Shown here in pieces: positions 1-6,287 of a DNA stretch of 35,613 nucleotides; the first letter of the stretch is position 1; the number at the start of each line of letters is the position of its first letter. The notes under the pieces are model-generated. The model was not told the DNA's origin. It searched no databases and worked only from the letters and a program-made list of their open reading frames with translations. The position numbers and the translations under genes were made by a program. This DNA comes from a virus. Location: IMG/VR virus record IMGVR_UViG_3300045988_062966, positions 1 through 35,613 of that record. One strand, written 5' to 3'.

Positions 1-122
1 CAAATATTGATGGATCAAATATTGATGGATCAAATATTGATGGATCAAATATTGACGACCATGGGTCAAATTTTGACGACCATGGGTCAATTTCTGACCT
101 GTTGATGGGTCAACCATTGACC
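1..122 (+). repeat. Iteron array, right-hand part: 15-bp units GATCAAATATTGATG (1-57) followed by three ~21-bp units containing GGGTCAA-N5/6-TGAC (58-122), all inside the replication gene
   Basis: Tandem direct repeats are read directly. They are in frame and translate as NIDGS repeats followed by DDHGSNF/DDHGSIS. The same 15-mer array ends the window. Confidence 0.85.
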
Positions 123-710
123 CCTAACAAAGAAATAGAACAAAGAATTAACAAAGAAGCTAACAGTACTTCTATGCGCACTTCCGGAAATTCGTCGGCT
201 ATCGCCGCCGTCGCATCTGCGCAAGCGAAGATGCCCTATCCGGACGACTTCGACAAGTCTCTTTTCGACGAAGCTGAGAGAGAAGCACGCTCCTTTCCCG
301 AACCGCTTCCGGAACCCCCGGCACTGCCTCCCGTTGAACAGCCTGCCTCAACCCCGGCAAGGCCCAAGATGGCCTACCCGCCGTGCCAGTACGATAAGGT
401 AGTCGAGCTCTATCACGCCAACTGCAAGGGCCTCCGCCGCGTCATGGCTCTTACCGATGCTCGGAAACGCACCATCAACGCCCGCTGGCGTGAGTTCTGC
501 AAGGAAGACGATCTCAAGACCACGGCTGAAGCCCTCGAGAGCTTCGAGTGGTACTTCCAAGAGGTCTCTAAAAGCCGCTTCCTTATGGGCTACTCCACGC
601 CCGGCCCCGGACGTGACCGACCTTTTAAGGCCGATTTCGACTGGCTCATGTGCCCTACAAATTTCTTAAAAGTCTGCGAAGGAAAATATTCAAATGGCCC
701 TAAGAACTAA
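1..710 (+). CDS. Replication initiator, repeat linker plus C-terminal domain (5-prime partial; continues from 35270..35613)
   Basis: The frame of ORF 102..710 is open back to position 3 with no stop. The C-terminus ...RPFKADFDWLMCPTNFLKVCEGKYSN resembles the conserved phage replication-protein C-terminal domain. Confidence 0.75.
   Translation, partial: NIDGSNIDGSNIDGSNIDDHGSNFDDHGSISDLLMGQPLTPNKEIEQRINKEANSTSMRTSGNSSAIAAVASAQAKMPYPDDFDKSLFDEAEREARSFPEPLPEPPALPPVEQPASTPARPKMAYPPCQYDKVVELYHANCKGLRRVMALTDARKRTINARWREFCKEDDLKTTAEALESFEWYFQEVSKSRFLMGYSTPGPGRDRPFKADFDWLMCPTNFLKVCEGKYSNGPKN
123..170 (+). promoter_or_regulatory. A-rich tract with 3 copies of AACAAAGAA (126-134, 139-147, 150-158) next to the iterons; candidate DNA-unwinding element of the origin
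   Basis: The composition and the 11-13 bp spaced repeats are visible directly. By analogy, the lambda ori has iterons plus an AT-rich region inside the O gene. Confidence 0.4.
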
Positions 711-1422
711 GTTCCGCCCAACTGACGACGGCCCGGCCGAAGGCTCCATGATGGGCCCGGAGGATCCGGCTACCCTCCCGACAGTCAATCAGTTCAACGC
801 GCGCGCCTGCTCGGACGGCATTTATCGCAATCGATGGGGGTGCCACTACTGCAGCGTCGAGGGCTGCGGCCTCGTCTCCGACATGGTTCTGGGCGGTAAA
901 GAAGTCTGCGTATTCCACGCGGCGGCTCAACGCTGCCCGACCGAGATGACCGAAGTGCTCCACAAGTACCAGCCTCTGATCATCCTCGCGAAGGCTTACG
1001 ACAAAACGTCGGATGTCGATCGCTCTGCCGCTGACGGGGAGAAGCCTTTCAACGCGGCGTCCGAACTCTTCGAGCAGTTCCGCACCCTCGTTGAGCAGTC
1101 CCGGTTCAACCTCATCCCATACTACGTCTCGGACGATGAGGGCTATCGCTATGAGCGCTTCAAGGACGTGCCCTTGCCTCTGCGCCGCTCCGACCTGAAG
1201 GAGGGGCAGCAGTTCGTGTCGCCCATCACCTACGTGCATCTCGTCTGCCTGATGCACGCCACGGCCATCTACGAAGAGAAAAAGGCCCAGAGAGAAAAGC
1301 TCCCGCGCGACGCCAACCCCGAAAAGACGAAGCTCGCGAAGCTCAGCGCCCGCATCAAGTCTCTGGGCGCGACGTGGGAAAAGAAGAAGACCAAATACGA
1401 CGCCGCAGGAGAGTGGTTCTAA
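694..1422 (+). CDS. Hypothetical early protein with a Cys/His cluster (CHYCSVEGCG...CVFH); position corresponds to a helicase-loader/P-like slot
   Basis: 242-aa ORF whose start overlaps the stop region of the initiator gene. The composition looks coding. No family was recognised. Confidence 0.55.
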   Translation: MALRTKFRPTDDGPAEGSMMGPEDPATLPTVNQFNARACSDGIYRNRWGCHYCSVEGCGLVSDMVLGGKEVCVFHAAAQRCPTEMTEVLHKYQPLIILAKAYDKTSDVDRSAADGEKPFNAASELFEQFRTLVEQSRFNLIPYYVSDDEGYRYERFKDVPLPLRRSDLKEGQQFVSPITYVHLVCLMHATAIYEEKKAQREKLPRDANPEKTKLAKLSARIKSLGATWEKKKTKYDAAGEWF

Positions 1423-1907
1423 TGCGCCGCACCAGAGAGTTCGAGCCTTTCGAGGCCCTTGTGCGCTCCATCGTCAAGCGCCTCGGATTCTCCCTTCGCG
1501 GCATCGCCGATCACCTCGGCATGTGCGGGGGAGCTATATCCGGAGCTTTCGCCTCCGGCGTCAAGACTTCTCGCACCGGCCCGACCTACATCACGCGCCG
1601 CCAGATCATCGGCACGCTCTTCAAGTACGGTGCGACGCCAGAAGAAAGGGAAGCCCTTTGCCGCACCTACCTCCGCGAACATTCCGACTACGGCCTGCTC
1701 CGCGTCATCTGCCCGGAACTCGAAAAGGACATCGCCGACTACATCGTGCACCGCATGAAGCTTCACAACGTCTTTCAGGCCGAGCCGCGCAAAGCGCCTC
1801 CGGAGCTTTTCAGCCGCTTCGGTGAACGAGGCCACAAAAAGCGCTTCAAGCCGTCAGAAAAACCGAAGGAGGAAACCCTCATCGAGCGGAGGCATGGCAA
1901 TGGCTGA
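1422..1907 (+). CDS. Hypothetical protein
   Basis: The ATG overlaps the upstream TAA (TAATG) and lies in frame inside tracked ORF 1374..1907. Confidence 0.5.
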   Translation: MRRTREFEPFEALVRSIVKRLGFSLRGIADHLGMCGGAISGAFASGVKTSRTGPTYITRRQIIGTLFKYGATPEEREALCRTYLREHSDYGLLRVICPELEKDIADYIVHRMKLHNVFQAEPRKAPPELFSRFGERGHKKRFKPSEKPKEETLIERRHGNG

Positions 1908-2211
1908 ATGTCTTCGCTGCCGCAACTGCGCACCGCTCGAGCCGCTGCCGAAGGGCGATCCCCGACGGCTCCAACGCGGTCAGTGGGGAATGCTCGCTCG
2001 AGGCCTCGTCTACTGCCAACTCCTTGGGCCTTCCGGCTATCACCGCTTCCGCTCCGTCGAATCGAAAGACGAGTGCAAGTACTTCGAGCCGGAGCCCGAC
2101 CAATACCGCATAGCCCGCCGCTTTGAAACCGTCAAGATTCTCCGCGCCGCCTTCGACAAATCGCGCATCGATAAGCAACTCAAGGCCAAACAAGCAAAGG
2201 GCAAAAAATGA
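1894..2211 (+). CDS. Hypothetical small Cys-rich protein (CLRCRNC)
   Basis: GGAGG lies upstream of the ATG at 1894, which is in frame within tracked ORF 1822..2211. Confidence 0.5.
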   Translation: MAMAECLRCRNCAPLEPLPKGDPRRLQRGQWGMLARGLVYCQLLGPSGYHRFRSVESKDECKYFEPEPDQYRIARRFETVKILRAAFDKSRIDKQLKAKQAKGKK

Positions 2212-2522
2212 CGCTCAAGAAAGTCTCTCGTCTCATGCCCATCGATCCGCCTTCCATGGAACACGCGCCGAAGCGCCTGCCGTTCACTTTCACCGAGGTG
2301 GATATCGACGACATCGAAACATACCCGCCTGAGGGAGCCCCTCTCTTTTTCATCCTGAAGGAGGGGCTCTGGGATCGCTTCTACGGCGAACGTCGAGGCT
2401 TCACCGTCTTCTCCGATCTCTACGGGCTCACTTTCAAGCTCGACCAGATCAAGGCATGGTCTCCCGCAGGCTTTACATCCTCTGAGAGCTATCAGCGTGA
2501 GTTGAGGAAGATCCGTGGTTAA
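2208..2522 (+). CDS. Hypothetical protein
   Basis: 104-aa ORF with an ATGA overlap with the upstream gene. Confidence 0.5.
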   Translation: MTLKKVSRLMPIDPPSMEHAPKRLPFTFTEVDIDDIETYPPEGAPLFFILKEGLWDRFYGERRGFTVFSDLYGLTFKLDQIKAWSPAGFTSSESYQRELRKIRG

Positions 2523-2922
2523 GCTCACTATCCCCGGCACACCACAAGGCAAGGCACGCCCGCGCTTCTCTCGAACCGGGCACGCCTACACGCCGGACGC
2601 TACCCGCCGCTACGAAGCCCGCGTATCGGTCTACGGCAAGTACGCCATGTGCAACGAAGACATTTTTCGCGGAGCCGTCAAGGTCTCGATCCTGGCCGCT
2701 TTCCCCGTGCCCGCTTCGTACTCTCAGAAGCGCCGCGCAGCATGTCTGCAGGGCAGCGAGCGCCCGGCCAAGAAGCCCGACATGGACAACATCATCAAGA
2801 TCATCTGCGACGGCCTGAACGGCATCGCGTGGAAGGATGACGCTCAAGTCGTCGAGGTCACCGCCTCCAAGACCTATGCCGAACTTCCTTCCGTCACCGT
2901 CTACATCGAGGAGCTTGAATGA
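2515..2922 (+). CDS. rusA: RusA-family Holliday junction resolvase
   Basis: Signature motifs LTIPGTPQGKARPRF ... KKPDMDNIIKIICDGLNGIAWKDDAQV. GTG start overlapping the upstream stop. Confidence 0.85.
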   Translation: MVKLTIPGTPQGKARPRFSRTGHAYTPDATRRYEARVSVYGKYAMCNEDIFRGAVKVSILAAFPVPASYSQKRRAACLQGSERPAKKPDMDNIIKIICDGLNGIAWKDDAQVVEVTASKTYAELPSVTVYIEELE

Positions 2923-3317
2923 TCGACCCATACTTCGAACGCCGCCTCGCCAACTGGTCGAGGTACATCCGAGGCGGCAACGGCCCGGCAGGCATCTCGT
3001 CAATGGCTCAAGCGATGGAGGCGCTTCGGCTCTACGGCCCCAACAAGCCGGCAGAGGAAGAGGGCACCGGAGCAAGCCCCTCCAGAAAGATTGACGTGCG
3101 CGACGCTGAAAAACTTTGCCTCGCTTACGGCGGCCCGTGGCTTACGCCGAACGAGAAGAAGACTCTGCGACTCAAGTACGGCATTGGACTCTCTGACATG
3201 ACCTGCGCACGCCGACTGCGCGTCGGCTATCGGTTCTTTCTGAAACAACTCGACAGCCTTCTGTGGAAGTTTCAGCACATCGTCGAAACAAACTTCGACG
3301 AATCCGATGTATACTGA
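2919..3317 (+). CDS. Putative late-gene regulator (Q-type antiterminator-like)
   Basis: It is the last early gene before the late operon. N-terminal RLANWSRY and central DVRDAEKL ... LRLKYGIGLS ... ARRLRV recall small Q antiterminators. It is followed by a hairpin and terminator. Confidence 0.45.
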   Translation: MIDPYFERRLANWSRYIRGGNGPAGISSMAQAMEALRLYGPNKPAEEEGTGASPSRKIDVRDAEKLCLAYGGPWLTPNEKKTLRLKYGIGLSDMTCARRLRVGYRFFLKQLDSLLWKFQHIVETNFDESDVY

Positions 3318-3355
3318 CGTCACAGTTATAACACCGCTACTTCTTCGTACGCGAG

Positions 3356-3381
3356 ACAATGATCCCGGTTGGGATCATTGT
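3356..3381 (+). promoter_or_regulatory. Perfect 11-bp stem hairpin ACAATGATCCC-GGTT-GGGATCATTGT downstream of the Q-like gene
   Basis: Inverted repeat read directly. Confidence 0.6.
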
Positions 3382-3403
3382 TGCACCCGGAAGAAACAAC
3401 CAC

Positions 3404-3427
3404 GCCCGACATGTGCGGGCTTTTTAT
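3404..3427 (+). terminator. Candidate intrinsic terminator (tR-prime-like): GCCCG-N7-CGGGC then TTTTTAT
   Basis: A short GC stem plus a T-run lies between the Q-like gene and the late genes. Confidence 0.45.
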
Positions 3428-3441
3428 TGCCCGTCCACCCC

Positions 3442-3651
3442 ATGGGAAAGCTCGCAGTTACATACCGGAAGGTCGACGACCTCATTGGAGGCTCTGGGAC
3501 GACATTGATCGCAGGTGAAGGAACTGGTCGCGTCGCTTACCTGATGGAACTCGATCCCGTTTACGTTGATGTGATAATCAAGAGGTGGCAGGGAATGACG
3601 GGGCTTGAAGCCGTTCGCGATGACGGCAAAACCTACAACTCGCTGATTTGA
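3442..3651 (+). pseudogene. Internally deleted DNA methyltransferase remnant (ParB-like N-terminus fused in frame to the C-terminal AdoMet motif region)
   Basis: The 69-aa product is MGKLAVTYRKVDDLI|GGSGTTLIAGEGTGRVAYLMELDPVYVDVIIKRWQGMTG. The first 15 aa look like the start of ParB-domain methylases. The rest looks like the (F)GGSGTT motif-I end of N6/N4 methylases. The catalytic middle is absent. Confidence 0.6.
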
Positions 3652-3654
3652 AAC

Positions 3655-3689
3655 CTCTCGGAGGGGGGACCCAGTAACCGAGAGTTTTT
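3655..3689 (+). terminator. Intrinsic terminator CTCTCGG-N16-CCGAGAG-TTTTT
   Basis: 7-bp stem plus T5, read directly. Confidence 0.55.
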
Positions 3690-3759
3690 CAACCCTGTTT
3701 GAAGGATTGTCTTAACTCGGCGATATCGGAACTGCCCCGTACCTCCCGAGAGTATTCAT

Positions 3760-4125
3760 ATGAAGACGAAACCGCGAATTCAGATCGATCTGCGTAAGGT
3801 TGAAGAATACGCACAGGTCTGCGACAACGAAGAGGAGATCGCCAATGCCTTGGGTATCTCCTACTCCACCCTGCAATCTCGAAAAAGAGAAAGCGAAGAA
3901 TTTAGGATCGCTATAAAAAGGGGGAAAGCGAAGGCTAACGTCTTCGTTGGCGGAAAGCTCATGGAAAAGATCAAGAGCGGGGATACCGCCTCGATCATCT
4001 TCTACATGAAGTCCCGATGCGGATGGAAGGAAACGCAGCGCCTCGAAGGCGAAATGACGACGACCAAGAAACCGCCCGAGGGCTTGCAGGGCATTTATAA
4101 CGCGCTGGCCCGAGGTAAAAAGTAA
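3760..4125 (+). CDS. terS: Terminase small subunit
   Basis: 121 aa with the HTH-like segment EEIANALGISYSTLQSRKRESEEF. It lies immediately upstream of TerL with an ATGA-type overlap. Confidence 0.7.
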   Translation: MKTKPRIQIDLRKVEEYAQVCDNEEEIANALGISYSTLQSRKRESEEFRIAIKRGKAKANVFVGGKLMEKIKSGDTASIIFYMKSRCGWKETQRLEGEMTTTKKPPEGLQGIYNALARGKK

Positions 4126-6287
4126 TGACAACCAATAGCGCCGACCCATTCGCGGAACTGTATAGGCCGCACCGATACAAGGTGTTTTACGGTGGTCGAG
4201 GCAGTGGCAAGAGCTGGGCAGTTGCGCGCGCGCTAATCGCCATGGCTGATTTCGGGCGGGTGCGCATATTGTGTTGCCGCGAGGTGCAGAACTCTATCCG
4301 CGATTCGTCGTATCAGACGCTGAAAGACACGGCGGAGCGCATTGGCCTGTTTGACCGGTTCGACTTCAAAGAGTCGGAGATAGAGCATAAGCGCACCGGG
4401 AGCCGCTTTATCTTCTCGGGCCTCTTGCGTAATGAGAACTCGATTAGGTCAAAGGAAGGCATTGACATCTGTTGGATTGAAGAGGCGTCATCCGTTTCGC
4501 GAAAGTCGTGGGACGTGCTGATTCCGACCATCCGCAGGCCTGGATCAGAATTGTGGCTAACGTTCAACCCGCTCACCGTCGACGACCCAACGAATGATTT
4601 CCTAGAGGCACCCCCGCCTGGCGCCTACGTTCGCAAGGTCAATTACACTGATAACCCGTATTTTCCCGAAGTCTTGCGCGAGCAGATGGAATGGGACAAG
4701 GCGAACGATTACGAGAAGTATCTGCATATTTGGGAGGGCTTCCCGCTCACGATCAGCGAGGCGCAGATTTTCCGCGGCAAGTACGTCGTTGAGGCGATTC
4801 CGGACGATCTTTGGCAACAGGCTGACCGACTGTTTTTCGGCGCCGACTTTGGTTTTTCGCGTGACCCGTCGACGCTGGTTCGATGCTTTATCTTGGATAA
4901 TCGCCTGTATATTGACCATGAGGCTTACGGCGTCGGGGTTGAAATCGACGAATTGCCTCAGCTGTATCGCTCGGTGCCGGAGTCGACGAAATGGCCAATT
5001 AAGGCGGACTGCGCTCGGCCTGAGACAATCAGCTATCTTAAGCGCCACGGGTTCAACATCGAGGGTGCTGAGAAATGGCCTGAGAGCATCGAGGAAGGCA
5101 TTAGCTTTATTCGAAGCTTTGACAAGGTCGTTATCGATCCGCGATGTGTGCACACGGCGGACGAGTTCAGGCTGTACTCGTACAAAACAGACAGACTGAC
5201 TGGCGAGGTTCTGCCAGTCGTCTTAGACAAAAACAATCACTGCATAGCGGAAGGGGCTTTAATTAGGACTAGCAACGGCGATATCCCTATTGAAAGAATC
5301 AATGTCGGCGACTTGGTTTTGACAAGGAAGGGATTTAAGCGGGTTTTGGCCAGTGCGATTACTGGCGAAAACAGAGAAGTCCTAGAAATAACAACAGGTT
5401 CAGAAACGTTAAAATGTACCGCAGAGCATCGAATCTTTACAAAGAATCGAGGCTTTGTTGAGGCGCAAAATTTAACTACTGAGGACGTGTTGTTATGTCT
5501 AAAACAGAAACCATTATTTACGACGGGAAGCGCTGGAACAGATAACCGGAATCAAAAAGACGAAGCGACAGGGTCTATTTCAAACGGTCTGTTACTGGTG
5601 GGTCAATATGGTTGCACAGATATATTTGTGAGAAAGCTAACGGCGCGATCCCGAAAGGCGCGCATATCCATCACAAAGATGGGGACACGCTTAACAACGA
5701 TCTGTCAAACCTTGAATGCCTTACGCCGCGCGCTCACCACAAAGAACATCCCCTTGTTGGCGAAGCTCTCGAAAGACAGCTTAAGCATCTCAATGAGATC
5801 AGAGGGAAAACAAAAGAGTGGCACGCTTCGAAGGAAGGCCACGAATGGCACAAGGCTCACGCTAAAGCCCACCACTGGGGGGTTTTTGACTTGCCGGAAA
5901 AAAAGTGCGCCCAATGTGGAAAAACATTTAAGCCTAAAACATATCGCGGAAAGTTCTGCTCAAACGCTTGTAAATCGGCGTGGCGGAGAGATCAAGGACT
6001 TGATAACGTCGAAGGGATTTGCGCTCAATGCGGAAAGGTTTTTACCTGCAACAAGTACAGCAAACAGCGTTTTTGTTCTAAAAGCTGTGCGAGGTGTTAC
6101 GAAGGTATGCAAAAAAGAAAAACGGGTTTATGACCTAACAATAGAAGGTCAGCCGGAGTTTTTCGCAAACGGTATTTTGGTTCACAACTGCATCGATGGA
6201 ATCAGGTATTCCCTGGTAGATTACATAAAGGCACGAGGCTATGGCTTCAAAATCTCGGAAGACGAAACGCCAGACCTCTGGATTTGA
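4125..6287 (+). CDS. terL: Terminase large subunit precursor (PBSX/TerL type) interrupted by a 316-codon intein; exteins 4125..5240 and 6189..6287
   Basis: Walker A GGRGSGKS, Walker B IDICWIEEA and nuclease motifs FGADFGFSRDPS are present. The motif ...DKNNH is split from CIDGIRYSLVDY by the intein. Confidence 0.9.
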   Translation: MTTNSADPFAELYRPHRYKVFYGGRGSGKSWAVARALIAMADFGRVRILCCREVQNSIRDSSYQTLKDTAERIGLFDRFDFKESEIEHKRTGSRFIFSGLLRNENSIRSKEGIDICWIEEASSVSRKSWDVLIPTIRRPGSELWLTFNPLTVDDPTNDFLEAPPPGAYVRKVNYTDNPYFPEVLREQMEWDKANDYEKYLHIWEGFPLTISEAQIFRGKYVVEAIPDDLWQQADRLFFGADFGFSRDPSTLVRCFILDNRLYIDHEAYGVGVEIDELPQLYRSVPESTKWPIKADCARPETISYLKRHGFNIEGAEKWPESIEEGISFIRSFDKVVIDPRCVHTADEFRLYSYKTDRLTGEVLPVVLDKNNHCIAEGALIRTSNGDIPIERINVGDLVLTRKGFKRVLASAITGENREVLEITTGSETLKCTAEHRIFTKNRGFVEAQNLTTEDVLLCLKQKPLFTTGSAGTDNRNQKDEATGSISNGLLLVGQYGCTDIFVRKLTARSRKARISITKMGTRLTTICQTLNALRRALTTKNIPLLAKLSKDSLSISMRSEGKQKSGTLRRKATNGTRLTLKPTTGGFLTCRKKSAPNVEKHLSLKHIAESSAQTLVNRRGGEIKDLITSKGFALNAERFLPATSTANSVFVLKAVRGVTKVCKKEKRVYDLTIEGQPEFFANGILVHNCIDGIRYSLVDYIKARGYGFKISEDETPDLWI
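5241..6188 (+). mobile_element. Class-1 intein inserted in the TerL nuclease motif
   Basis: Starts at Cys (CIAEGALIRTSNGD, block A) and contains LKCTAEHRIF (block B TxxH). Ends VYDLTIEGQPEFFANGILVHN followed by Cys+1. The segment is visibly more AT-rich than its flanks. Confidence 0.85.
5612..6133 (+). CDS. HNH endonuclease nested inside the intein in the +2 frame (HNH-like sequence extends upstream to ATG 5495 but is interrupted by TAA 5543-5545)
   Basis: LHRYICEKANGAIPKGAHIHHKDGDTLNNDLSNLECLTPRAHHKEH, plus two CxxCGK..F...FCSxxC zinc-ribbon repeats. The frame differs from TerL (4125 mod 3 = 0; 5612 mod 3 = 2). Confidence 0.8.
   Translation: MHRYICEKANGAIPKGAHIHHKDGDTLNNDLSNLECLTPRAHHKEHPLVGEALERQLKHLNEIRGKTKEWHASKEGHEWHKAHAKAHHWGVFDLPEKKCAQCGKTFKPKTYRGKFCSNACKSAWRRDQGLDNVEGICAQCGKVFTCNKYSKQRFCSKSCARCYEGMQKRKTGL

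Noticed and set aside
3307-3441. N-terminal extension of tracked ORF 3307..3651
   Set aside because: It runs through a perfect hairpin and a terminator and has non-protein-like sequence. The methylase-like sequence begins at ATG 3442.
5495-6133. Programmed frameshifting that would fuse the HNH domain into the intein polypeptide
   Set aside because: The HNH frame is closed at both ends (TAA 5543, TGA 6131). I saw no slippery heptamers at the required positions. The HNH frame has its own SD and ATG. Sequencing-error indels remain the main alternative and are listed as the refutation test.
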